64,000 nt of DNA, taken from contig CAWCCB010000001.1 in NCBI GenBank assembly GCA_963793965.1, positions 125,071-189,070 of the forward strand. Reading direction: 5' to 3'. Numbering within the stretch: position 1 is the first letter of the stretch; each line of letters opens with the position of its first letter. The notes below the pieces were generated by a model. It ran no database searches, was not told the DNA's origin, and saw nothing but the letters and a program-made list of their open reading frames with translations. The stretch comes from an uncultured Microthrixaceae bacterium (GTDB taxonomy: Bacteria; Actinomycetota; Acidimicrobiia; Acidimicrobiales; Acidimicrobilacustridaceae). Below, one piece after another: positions 30,186-42,201 of this stretch. A program made the position numbers and the translations under genes.

Positions 30186-30887
30186 TCACGTGGGCGAAGG
30201 GCGCAGCATCGCCGGGTGGAGCACCTCGATGTCGCCGCGCCGGGTAGAGCTGGGCCGGCCGGCCGCCCTGGCACGTCGTGGTGCGCCCCGTGGGCGTGAC
30301 GAAGCCCGGAGTACCGGTGACCTTCCGGTGGAAGTTGCGGGCGTCGAGGCTCGTCCCCCACACCGCTTCGTAGACCCGCCGGAGCTCGTGGATGGTGAAC
30401 TCGGTCGGACAGAAGGCGGCGGCCAGCGGCGAGTACTCCAGCTTGGCCCGAGCCCGCTCCACGCCGTCGGAGAGGATCTGGTGGTGGTCGAAGGCCAGCC
30501 GCCTGGGTGACGCCAACAGCTCCTCGACCGGGAACCACCGGGCGGCCGAGGCGTCCGAGCCCGCCACCGGCAGCCGGGAAGATCGGGCACCAGCGCCAGG
30601 AAGGCGACGGCCAGGATCCGACCTCGAGGATCACGGTCGGGCCGGCCGTAGCTGGCCAGTTGCTCGAGGTGCACCCGAAGGTCCCCCAGCCCGGTCTCCT
30701 CGGCCAGCTCGCGCTCGGCCGAGTCCAGGAGGTCCTCGTCGGGCAGGACGAACCCACCCGGCAGCGCCAGCTTCCCCTTGAACGGCGGGATTCCTCGGCG
30801 GATGGTCAGCACCTGCAACTGGGAGCGGTCGACGGTCAGGACCACCAGATCGACGGCCACGTGGAAGTTGGTGGGAGCCATGCGGTC
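30186..30887 (-). CDS. nrtR: NrtR-like protein: NUDIX domain plus C-terminal winged-helix (Nudix-related transcriptional regulator / ADP-ribose pyrophosphatase); two frame switches
   Basis: Nudix box GGFVLPDEDLLDSAERELAEETGL. C-terminal domain …FPVEELLASPRRLAFDHHQILSDGVERARAKLEYSPLAAAFCPTEFTIHELRRVYEAVWGTSLDARNFHRKV… is typical of the NrtR DNA-binding domain. Start taken at ATG 30887, downstream of the AT-rich palindromes. Confidence 0.5.
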   Translation of the reverse strand, partial: DRMAPTNFHVAVDLVVLTVDRSQLQVLTIRRGIPPFKGKLALPGGFVLPDEDLLDSAERELAEETGLGDLRVHLEQLASYGRPDRDPRGRILAVAFLALVPDLPGCRWRARTPRPPGGSRSRSCWRHPGGWPSTTTRSSPTAWSGLGPSWSTRRWPPPSVRPSSPSTSSGGSTKRCGGRASTPATSTGRSPVLRASSRPRGAPRRARAAGRPSSTRRGDIEVLHPAMLRPSPT

Positions 30888-30894
30888 CATCTTA

Positions 30895-30949
30895 ATCGTC
30901 AACTTGACGAGAACCTCCACTCGGGTTATCGTCACTCTGACGATAAAAG
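30895..30949. promoter_or_regulatory. two related perfect palindromes, TCGTCAA-c-TTGACGA (30895-30909) and ATCGTCA-ctc-TGACGAT (30933-30949): candidate NrtR operators in a divergent promoter
   Basis: Seen directly in the AT-rich spacer between the nrtR start (30887, minus) and the SPFH gene start (30959, plus; RBS AAAGGAGAA). Confidence 0.45.
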
Positions 30950-30958
30950 GAGAACCCC

Positions 30959-32013
30959 ATGACTGACATCAAGCACTATCCACTCGTGCACCACCTCCGA
31001 GCCGGCACCACGACCTACGTCCTGCACCTCGACAACGGGCGGGTCCGCCACGCCGGTGCCGGCCTGGCCTTCTGGTTCCGCCCCAACAACGCCGCCCTCA
31101 GCGAGGTGCCGCTCGACGACCGGGACCAGGCCCTGCTCTTCCACGCCCGGACCGCCGACTTCCAGGACGTGACCGTCCAGGCCACGGTGAACTACCGGGT
31201 CGTCGACCCCGCCTTGGCCACGACCCGCATCGATTTCGGGATCGCCCCCGACACGGGACAGATGGTCGGCACGCCGCTGGTCACCTTGGGGGGCCTGCTC
31301 ACCGAACTGGCCCAGCAGCCCGCGCTGGACGAGATCGCCGGCATGACCATGGCCGCGGCCTTGGCCCGCGGGATCGCCCCGGTGCGCAACCGGGTGGCGG
31401 CCGCCCTGGCCACCGACCCCCGACTGGGCGAGCGCGGCCTGGCCGTGACCGACGTGCGGGTGGTCGCCATCCGGACCGACCCCGAGCTCGAGCGCGCCCT
31501 GCAGACCCAGACCCGCGAGGCCGTCCAGCAGGAGGCCGACCGGGCTACCTTCGAGCGTCGAGCGCTGGCCGTCGACAGCGAGCGAGGGATCGCCGAGAAC
31601 GAGCTGCGCAACCAGATCGAGCTGGCCCGCCAGGAGGAGGAGCTGGTGGTTCAGCAGGGTCAGAACGAGCGCAAGCGGGCCAACGAGCGGGCCGAGGCGG
31701 AGCGCATCGCGGCTGAGGCCAGCGCCGAGCGGCAGCGGCTCCTGGCCGACGCCACCGCCAACACCACCCGGTTGGTGGGCGAGGCGGAAGGCGACGCCGA
31801 ACACGCACGGTTGGCGGCCTACCGCGAGGTCGAGCAGGCCACGCTCATCGGCCTGGCCCTCAAGGAGCTGGCCGCCAACCTGCCCAACATCAACAACCTC
31901 ACGGTGACCCCGGACCTGCTGGCACCGGTGCTGGCCCGTCTGGCCCAGGCCGACCCGACCCCGATCTCGTCGCCCCGGAGGCGACCACGCCCGACCCGAC
32001 GGAGGCGGAGCGA
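30959..32013 (+). CDS. SPFH/band-7 (stomatin/flotillin-like) domain protein, soluble, with coiled-coil C-terminal half
   Basis: SPFH core (…FQDVTVQATVNYRVVDPALATTRIDFG…) then an E/R/A-rich coiled coil (…ERRALAVDSERGIAENELRNQIELARQEEELVVQQGQNERKRANERAEAERIAAEASAERQRLL…). The ORF lacks an in-frame stop; the end is taken at the TGA overlapping the next ATG (ATGA). Confidence 0.55.
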
Positions 32014-32937
32014 TGACGCTGCAACCCCGAGTGGTCACCGTGCACCGGCGCTCCGAGTACGAGGAGCTGATCGCCCGGCACGGCACCCGCCAGCAGGCGG
32101 CCTTCTTCCTCGAGGCCCGTCACCGCACCCTCGACCAGGTCCACGACCGGCATCTGGCCGAGCAGGCGGCCTTGCAGGCCGTGTCGGCGGCCACGCCCGC
32201 GGACTGGCGATGCATCGACCTGGAACGCCACGATCTCGACCGATTCGTGTTCGGACCCGAAGACATGGTGGTCGTGGTCGGCCAGGACGGGCTCGTGGCC
32301 AACGTGGCCAAGTACCTCGACGGCCAACCGGTGGTCGGGATCGAACCCCGACCCGGACCGGAACCCGGGGATCCTGGTCCCCCACCCACCGCCGGCAGCC
32401 GCCGGGCTGCTCCGGGCGGCGGTGGGCGGCGATCCGCGCCATCGAGGAGCGGACGATGGTGGAGGCCGCCACCGACGACGGTCAGCGCCTGCGGGCCCTG
32501 AACGAGGTCTATCGTCGGGCATCCGACCCATCAGTCGGCCCGCTACGAGATCCGGATCCCCGGCGGCGGGACGTACGAGGCTCATTACGTCGTGAGGGCT
32601 GCTGGCGGGCAACGGGCACGGGCGCCACCGGCTGGTTGCGCTCGGCCTGGCAGGAGCGGCACGAGCCCGCTCACCCTCCCGCGGCCCCGACGTCCTCGGA
32701 GCTCTGCTGGTTCGTGCGCGAGGCCTGGCCATCACCGGCCACCGGGGCACGATCTCACCGAGCGGGACCGATAGCCGCGGGCGACCGAACTCGCTGTCAC
32801 GGTCGTCGCCGAGTCCGACCAGCTGGTCTGCTTCGGCGACGGGATCGAATCCGACGCCCTGCTGCTCAACTGGGGGCAGAAGCTGGTGGTGCGCCGGGCG
32901 CCGCAGCACCTCCGGCTGGTGGCCGGCCTGTACCTAG
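32013..32937 (+). CDS. ATP-NAD kinase family protein (NAD kinase-like); multiple frameshifts, 3' end approximate
   Basis: MTLQPRVVTVHRRSEYEELIARHG…DMVVVVGQDGLVANVAKYL (GGDG-like motif), then NPGIL…, GTGTGATGWLRSA…, and …LVCFGDGIESDALLLNWGQKLVVRRAPQHLRLV, spread over three frames. Confidence 0.4.
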
Positions 32938-32974
32938 ACACCGACCGGCTCGGCGCTCGAGGCCGACCGGTGGG

Positions 32975-33265
32975 TCAGCCCACGATCTCGCTGGTCTGGA
33001 GCACCGGGGCGATCGTTGGTGTAGTTGGCCACGTCGGCCATGACCTCGGCGGTGACCGGCTGAGCCCATGGCCGCGCCCAGGGCGTCCATCGACTCGAAG
33101 GTGAAGTGGACGGCAGCCACGTAGGGCCCGTCGAGGCCCTTGTCGATCTCGGCCCCGTCCAGGCCCCAGGCCTTGACGGCCAGCGGAACATGCTTGTCGC
33201 GGTAGTAGTCGTGGTCGAAGGTCGATCCTTCACCGGACGGGTAGAAGACGCTGAGTCGGATCATG
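32975..33265 (-). CDS. EthD-family protein (small dimeric alpha+beta barrel); C-terminal frameshift
   Basis: RBS GAGGAAG then MIRLSVFYPSGEGSTFDHDYYRDKHVPLAVKAWGLDGAEIDKGLDGPYVAAVHFTFESMDALGAAMG… then …AEVMADVANYTNDAPVLQTSEIVG* after a shift. Confidence 0.5.
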
Positions 33266-33455
33266 ATGCGGACTTCCTCTCGGGTCGCAGGGCGTTCGAA
33301 GTCTCGGGTGCGAGCACTCGGGCGCACCCTACGGGCTCCCGGAGACTAGGGCGCCCCGGCCGGTGTCGCGGGCGCCGGCAGGGCGGCGACGCTTCGTCCA
33401 GACCGGAGCCATGTCCGAGAACCCGACCCGGTCGGCCGATTCCCGCCACGCCTCG

Positions 33456-33910
33456 TCAGGGATCGAGGGTGAAGCGGTACACGTTGGTGTCGCGGGGCTG
33501 CGAACCCGAGGCGCTGGTAGAGCCGGTTGGCCGCCTCCCGCGACGGGCGCGAGGTCAGGTCGACGGTGCGGGCGCCCTGGGCCCGGGCCCGGTCCAGCGC
33601 GGCTCGGTTGAGGGCCTCGCCCACGCCGCGGCCCCGGGCCGCCTCGTCCACCACCACGTCCTCGATCCAGGCCCGGATCCCGGTCGGGATGGGGAACACC
33701 ACCAAGGTCAGGCTGCCCAGGATCCGCCCGCCGGCGTCGGGATCGCGGGCCACCAGCAGGATGGCGGCGTCGGAGGCCACGATGGCGGCCAGGGCGTCGG
33801 CCGAGGGCGGCGGGTTGGAGCGCGACAGCTGCGGGATCAGGCGTTCGAAGGCCGCCACCACCTCGCCGTCCACCTGCGGTGATCTCGTGGATCTCGACCG
33901 GGCTCGCCAT
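33456..33910 (-). CDS. GNAT-family N-acetyltransferase; two frameshifts
   Basis: MASPVEIHEIT / PQVDGEVVAAFERLIPQLS…ARDPDAGGRILGSLTLVVFPIPTGIRAWIEDVVVDEAARGRGVGEALNRAALDRARAQGARTVDLTSRPSREAANRLYQRLGF / QPRDTNVYRFTLDP*. Confidence 0.5.
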
Positions 33911-34013
33911 GGCGCCAACCTAGACGGCCGGGCCTGGGCCGAACGCCTCATCGCGGGCCGGACGCCGCGCCCCGATCGTGGGGCGGGCGGGGTGGCGGCA
34001 GTACCCTCGTCTC

Positions 34014-34896
34014 ATGGCCGCCGACGACCCCGGGACGAGGCTCGAGCACCTCCGCTGGATCTCGCACCCCACCCTCGACGACCCCGATCGTGCTGGTGGC
34101 CTTCGAGGGCTGGAGCGACGCCGGCGACGCGGCCAGCTCGGCCGTGCGGTTCCTGGGCGAGGCCTACCAGACCAAGCCCTTCGCCACCATCGACCCCGAG
34201 GTCTTCTTCGACTTCTCCACCACGCGGCCCCGGGTCCAGCTCGACGACGACCTGCGCCGTCAGGTGGTGTGGCCCGAGACCGTGCTGTCGGCCAGCACCG
34301 TCCCGGCCACCGGCCAGGGCCTGATCACCGTGGTGGGCAGCGAGCCCCAGCTGCGGTGGCGCACCTTCACCGAGCAGGTGGTGGGCGTGGCCCAGCAGTT
34401 CGGCGCCCGCATGGTGGTGACCTTCGGGGCCCTGCTGGCCGAGGTCCCCCACACCCGACCGGTGACCGTCTTCGGGACCGCCGACGACGAGGAGCTGGGC
34501 GCCGAGATGGGGCTGCTGCCGTCGCGCTACGAAGGCCCGACCGGCATCACCGGCGTGCTCCAGGCCGCCTGTCGCGACGCCGGGCTCCGGTCCGCGGCCC
34601 TGTGGGCGGCCGTGCCCACCTACGTCCCCTCGGCCCCGTCGCCCAAGGCGGCGCTGGCCCTGACCGAGCGGGCGTCCCAGCTGTTCGACCTGCCGGTGGT
34701 CACCACCGAGCTGGAGATCGCGTCGGCCTCCTACGAACGCCAGGTCAGCGAGCTGGTCTCCGACGACACCGAGACCATCGAGTACGTCGAGCACCTCGAG
34801 CACCGCTTCGACAACAACGAGCATGATCCCTTCGCCGACGACGAGGAGAGCCTGGTCGACGAGGTCGAGCGCTTCCTGCGCGACCAGCGCGACTGA
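34014..34896 (+). CDS. PAC2 (proteasome assembly chaperone-like) family protein; N-terminal frameshift near 34085
   Basis: MAADDPGTRLEHLRWISHPTLDDP then …LVAFEGWSDAGDAASSAVRFLGEAYQTKPFATIDPEVFFDFSTTRPRVQLDD… through to the acidic C-terminus …DDEESLVDEVERFLRDQRD*. Confidence 0.6.
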
Positions 34897-34983
34897 CCCG
34901 CCCGACGCTCACCTCTTGCGCGCAACCTGTCAGCCCAGCGACCGCCGTCGCGGTCGCTGAGCTGACAGGTTTCCCGGGGCCGG

Positions 34984-36424
34984 TCAGATCAGCGCCGGCG
35001 GGGCGTGGCGGGGCCAGGGCTGGGCCAGCTCGAACAGCCGGGCCAGGCGCAGGACCACGTCGTCGGCGTGACGGCGGCCGGTGATCTGCAGTCCCACCGG
35101 CAGGCCCTCGGAGGACAACCCGGCCGGGACCGAGCAGGCCGGGTTCCAGCACATGTTGGCCAGCATGGTGAAGGGCACGCTCATGGCCCCGGCCTGCATG
35201 GCCCCGAAGCGGGCCACCAGGTCCTCGCCGGCGATGGTGGTCGGCGGCGGGCCCTCGGCGGCGAAGGCGGGCACGGCCGTGGTCGGGGTGAGCAGCACGT
35301 CGACCTGGTCGAACAGGGCGGCCACGTCGGCCTCCAACTGGAGCCGGCGCCGCAGGGGCTTGACCAGGGTGGGGACCGGGCGGTCGGCGCTGGACTCGCA
35401 GCCCGGCCGCCACGAAGGGCGTCAGCTCGTCCAGGCGGTCGGGATAGGCGTCGCGGCCGGCGACGTCGAGCCACAGGCCGACGGCGTCGCCGCTCAGCCA
35501 GGTGCGCACCGGGTCGGTGAGCGTCACGCGATCTCCACCAGCGGCACCGCCGGCCTGGGCGGCCACCACCTCGGCCGCGCCCCGGCTCAGGTCGGCCACC
35601 TCCGGGTCCACCACCGCGAAGCCCAGGTCGGTGGACCAACCGATGCGCAGGCCCGACACGTCCAGCTGCTCGATGGCCTCGACATAGGAACCGCCGTAGG
35701 GCGGCAGCGAGGTGCGGTCGGCGTCGTGGGGACCGGCGGTGACGTCCAGGTGCAGCGCGGCGTCGGCCACCGTGGTCACCTCGACGCCCAGCGAGGTGGT
35801 CTGGCTGGTGCCGGCGCTGGGCGACGGCACCCGACCGAAGCTGGCCTTCATCCCCACCAGGCCGGAGAACGACGCCGGGATGCGGGTGGAGCCGCCACCG
35901 TCGCTGGCCGTGGCGAACGGGACCAGCCCGGCGGCCACCGCCGCCGCCGTGCCACCGCTCGAGCCCCCCGGCGTGCGGCTCAGGTCCCAGGGGTTGCGGG
36001 CCACCCCCAGCGCCTTGGACCGCGTGTACTGCAGGGTGCCGAACTCGGGGGCGTTGGTCTTGCCCAACGGGATGGCCCCGGCGGCGCGCAGGCGGGCCAC
36101 GTGCACCGAGTCGGCGGCCACCGGACCGTCGCCCAGGAACAGCATCGAGCCCTGGGAGGTGGGCATGCCGGCGCAGTCCTCCAGGTCCTTCACCCCGAAG
36201 GGCACGCCGGCCAGCGGACCGACGGCCTCGCCGGCCGCGATCCGGGCGTCGACCGCCGCCGCCGCGGCCCGGGCGCCGTCGGGATCGAGGTGGACGAAGG
36301 CGTTGAGGGCGTCGTTGCCCGCGTCGATGGCCGCCAGGCATCGCTCGAGCAGCTCGGTGGCCGAGTAGTCGCGCCGGGCGATGGCCGCGGCGGCCTCCGC
36401 CATCGATGGCATCTCGTCAGCCAT
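34984..36424 (-). CDS. amidase (amidase-signature family); frameshift(s) near 35400-35450
   Basis: RBS AGGGGGA; MADEMPSMAEAAAAIARRDYSATELLERCLAAIDAGN…GVPFGVKDL…GGSSGGTAAAVAAGLVPFATASDGGGSTRIPASFSGLVGMK…. C-terminal part (…EADVAALFDQVDVLLTPTTAVPAF…LPVGLQITGRRHADDVVLRLARLFE…) is in the frame of ORF 34984..35337. Confidence 0.6.
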
Positions 36425-36485
36425 GTGGTTCCCCCTGTGTGTGGTGCGGTCGGTGTAGTCGGATGGGTGTGGCGTGGTCCTCGGG

Positions 36486-37132
36486 TCAGTCCGAGCGCCA
36501 GGTCGGGCGCCCGCGGCTCGTCGTAGAGCACCTCCACCGCCTCGCCCCGGATGGCGGCGAAGGCCAGCTCCCCCCAGTGATCGACGCCGGCCAGCGGCTC
36601 GGGCAGGGCGTCCTGGGCGAACCAGCCCACGCCCCGGGTCTCGAGCGGATGGCCCACCAGGTCACCGCCGGTGGCCTGGCAGTGGAACACCACCGAGTAC
36701 AGCGGGATCCGGGTGAACTGGCGGCGCAGGCCGTCCAGCACGGCGATGAGCCGCACCACCCGGCACTCGATCCCCGTCTCCTCGCGGACCTCCTTGACCG
36801 CCACCTCGCTGGCCGAGTAGCCGACGTCGGCCCAGCCCGTGGGGTAGAGCCAGATGCCCGAGTCGCCGCGCTGCACCAGCAGGATCTCACCCCGGTCGTT
36901 GCCCACCACCGCCCCGACCGCGATCTTGGGGGTCTGGTAGCCGGCCACGCCGTGGCCCACCATCCGCCATCCACTCCTGCACCAGCGTGTCGGCCTCGAA
37001 GTGGCTCCCGGCGGCCACCCGCATGTCGGCGGCCACGGCCAGCACCTCCTCGAACCGCTCCCGCTCGTAGAGGTTCTCGGTGAAGCCGAGGCCGGTGCGG
37101 GCGATGCCGGCCAGCGCCTCGCTCCAGCGCAC
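36486..37132 (-). CDS. NUDIX hydrolase with Nudix_N-type N-terminal domain; frame switches near 36965 and near the 3' end
   Basis: N-terminal domain MRWSEALAGIARTGLGFTENLYERERFEEVLAVAADMRVAAGSHFEADTLVQEW, then the NUDIX domain (…GYQTPKIAVGAVVGNDRGEILLVQRGDSGIWLYPTGWADVGYSASEVAVKEVREETGIE…). Confidence 0.5.
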
Positions 37133-37246
37133 GAGGTCCTGGGGCGGTGGGCAGCGGGTCCGGCGCGGGCATCACGCCGACGCTATCCCACCGCCGCGAC
37201 ACCCCACCGGCGACGGCGCGGACCGACGCACGGATCCCCGACGAAC

Positions 37247-39582
37247 CTAGAGGGCGGCCAGGATCGACCGCTCGAGCTCGCGCAGGTAGTCGGGATCGAC
37301 GATCTTGTGGCCGTCGCGGTCGCGCACGTAGAACGAGTCGAGCACGTCGAGATCGATGCTCTGGACCTTGGCCGAGCGGATGTCGAGGTCGAGCTCGGCG
37401 ATGGCCCGCGTGATGCGGTACAGGACCCCGATCTCGTCGGGAGCGCGCACCTCGACCACGGTGGCGGAGTCGGACAGCACGTTGTCGAAGGTGACCTTCG
37501 GCTCGCTGGGCGAGGCCAGCGTGGGCTCGCGGCGGGCATACACCCGAGCCCGTTCCCGCAGCCTGGCCTCCAGGGCCAGCCGACCGTCGAGCGCCTTCTC
37601 CACATCCGCGATCACCCGGTCCCAGGGGATGACCGGACCCAGGCTGCTCTCCACCCGGTAGCTCTCCAGCGCCATGCCGGCGTCGTCGGTGTGGGCCGCG
37701 GCGGACAGGACGTCGAGGCCGTTGAGCGCCAGCGCGGCCGCCACCCGCGAGAACAGGCCGGCGCGGTCGGGGGCGATGACCATGAGCTGGTCGTCGAGTC
37801 CCTCGATGATGCGGCGACCCTCGGCCAGGCGGGCCAGCTGCTCGGGGGTGGGGAACCCGCCACCGATCACGTCGTCGGCGGGTCGGCCCCCGGCCAGGAC
37901 GTGGGCGGCGCGGGCGCCGAGCTCGGCCAGCAGCTCGGCCTTCCAGGTGCTCCAGGCCGCCGGGCCGGTGGCCAGCGAATCGGCCTCGGTCAGCGCCCCC
38001 AGGATGCGCAGCAGGCTGAGCGACCCCACCTGCTCGGCCACGAAGCGGACGGTGCCCTCGTCGGACAGGTCGCGGCGGGTGGCCACGTCGGGCAGCAGCA
38101 GGTGGTGGCGCACCATGTCCTGGAGGACCTCGATGTCCTCGACGGGATAGCCCATGCGCTCGCCGATGGATCGCACCACCACGATGCCCACCTCGGTGTG
38201 GTCGCCGGGATAGCCCTTCCCGATGTCGTGGAGCAGCGCGCCGACCACCAGCAGGTCGGGCCGCTCGACCCGGTCGACCAGGGCCGACGCGTTGGCCGCC
38301 GTCTCGCACAGATGGCGATCGACGGTGAAGCGGTGGAAGGCGTTGCGCTGCGGCTTGCTGCGCACCGGCTCCCACTCGGGCAGGATGCGCACGAACAGAC
38401 CACGCTGGTCCAGCGTCTCGATCACGTCGATGGCCGGGCGACCGGCCGACAGCAGCCGGGTGAACAGGGCCCGGATCTCGTCGGACCAGGGGGTGGGCAG
38501 ATCGGCGGCCGCGGCGGCACCGGCGGCCAGGCGATCGAGGGTGGCCCGCTCGATGCGGGCGTCGGCCTCGGCCGCGGCCACCGCCACCCGCAGGAACAGC
38601 AGCAGGTCCGCCTCGGGATCGGCCTCCGCGGTGATCGACACCCGCCCCTCGCGCAGCACCACCCCCTCGGCCAGGGGACGGTCGCGGCTCATGCGCCAGC
38701 CGCGGGGACCCTTGATCGACGAGTCCACCCGCTCCCACACCTCGTCGCTGGTCCAGGCGATCGAGCGGGCCGCGGCGCTGACCGCCCGCATCAGGGCATC
38801 GGCATCCTCGTAGGCCGAGGGCGTCGGCCACGGCGTCCTGCTCCTCGAGCAGCAGGCGGTTGCCGGGACGCCCGGTGATCGCGGTGCAGCTCGACCCGGG
38901 CGGCCAGCAGGACGTCGTGGTCGCGGGCCAGCACGGCGTCGTCACCCTCGAGCATCACCGTCTGGGCCAGCTCGGCCCAGCGGATGGCGTGGACGTCGCG
39001 CAGGCCGCCACGGCCCTCCTTGAGGTCGGGCTCGAGCAGGAAGGCCACCTCTCCGGCCTCCTCCTGGCGCTGGCGGACCCGGGAGCTGATCTCACGCAGC
39101 CATCGGGTGGCCCGCTTGCGCCACAGGGCGATGGCCCGCTCGGCCAGATCCGCGGTCAGGGCCGGGTCGCCGGCCAGATGGCGGATGGTGACCAGCGACG
39201 TGGCCGTGTCCAGGTCGTCGGCCGCCAGGGCCAGCGCCTCCTTGGTGGTGCGCACCGAATGGCCCAGCTTCAGCCCCTCGTCCCAGATCGGGTACCAGAT
39301 GCGCTCGGCGATGGCGGCCACGTCCTTGACCCCGGCGTGCAGCAGCAGCACGTCGATGTCGGACTGGGGCGACATCTCCCGGCGGCCATAGCCCCCCACG
39401 GCCAGCAGGGCCACCCCGCGGGCGCCCCGCGCGGCCTGGTCGAACAGGCCGGCCAGCCAGTCGTCCATGCGATCGCTGTAGACCCGGCACAGCTCGATGC
39501 CGCGCCGGGACGTGTCGGCGAACAGGACGGCGCGATCCAGGCTCGAGGGCTGGCGGCGGGGCGTCGGTCGGACCCGCGCCCA

Positions 39583-39583
<1 letters not shown>
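37247..39583 (-). CDS. glnD: [protein-PII] uridylyltransferase/uridylyl-removing enzyme GlnD; at least three frameshifts
   Basis: NTase part (…LDRAVLFADTSRRGIELCRVYSDRMDDWLAGLFD…LLAVGGYGRREMSPQSDIDVLLLH…), HD domain (…LLVVGALLHDIGKGYPGDHTEVG…) and two ACT domains at the C-terminus. The ATG overlaps the glnK stop (ATGA). Confidence 0.7.
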
Positions 39584-41287
<1,704 letters not shown>

Positions 41288-41414
41288 GGAGGGCGAGGCT
41301 ACCGCGGGCCGGTGCTCGCTCCGGCCCGGGGCGGGGTCATCCGGCGTGGGAGCCGGTGGGCGGACCGGGCCGCCCTGTTCGGGGAACCGGGCCCCCGCCT
41401 GTCAGAATGGCTCC

Positions 41415-41618
41415 ATGGCCGTGCGCAAGGACTGCCGCCACTACTCGACCCGGACGACGCCCACCGGAGACGTCATCCAGCGCTGCCGCGTCGACGCCGC
41501 CGACCAGGCCCCGTTCAGCTGCCCGGAGGGCTGCATCTTCTTCGAGCCCCGATCGGTGAGCAACGCCGGGTGGGAGCGGTTCGAGCAGACCGACGACGGC
41601 GACCAGTGGGGCGAGTAG
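41415..41618 (+). CDS. small conserved-looking 4-Cys protein (67 aa)
   Basis: MAVRKDCRHYSTRTTPTGDVIQRCRVDAADQAPFSCPEGCIFFEPRSVSNAGWERFEQTDDGDQWGE*. Cys spacing C-x16-C-x11-C-x3-C. Moderate codon-composition support. Confidence 0.45.
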   Translation: MAVRKDCRHYSTRTTPTGDVIQRCRVDAADQAPFSCPEGCIFFEPRSVSNAGWERFEQTDDGDQWGE

Positions 41619-42201
41619 CCCAACCCCGTCGAGCCCGACAGCGATCCGCTCGCCCTGCTGTGGCGGTGGTTCGCCGAGGAGGCAGTGCCGACGGGTACTC
41701 GCCGCTCTGACGAGCGCGATCTCGAGCGCCGGTGGCCGCACAACCTCGAGGTGCTGGACCTGCGTCCGCCAGACGCCACCGGAGGCCCATCGATCCCCGA
41801 GCCTGCTGGTCCGCCGCCCACGACCTGCGGCTCGTTCGCCCCGCTCTGCCGGCGCTGGCCAGTCGGACCGGCATCGACCACGCCCCGATCGACGTCCAGC
41901 CAGGCCCGATGACGCTCCGCTGGTTGCTGGCCGTGCGTGTGGCCCGACACCGGTCGCCTGGAGCGCCACGGCTGCCTCGCATCGACGCGTGGGCCCGCTC
42001 CCGATCCCGCCCACCCTGGTGGCCGGGGACGCGGTCGCGGAGCTTCCGACGGCCTGCTGGCGCCGGGTACGTGAGCGTCGACGGCGGATGCGACGACGGT
42101 GGTGACCACCGCCTGGTCGGTGTCTCCGACCCTCCCGTCGAGGACCGAGCCCGGTGCAACAGCACGGCGGCTGGGTCGACTGGCAGGCCGGCTGAGCCGC
42201 G

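Noticed and set aside
36486-38945. 819-aa ORF on the minus strand
   Set aside because: It spans the NUDIX gene and most of glnD in wrong frames. Only short segments coincide with real coding frames at frameshift points.
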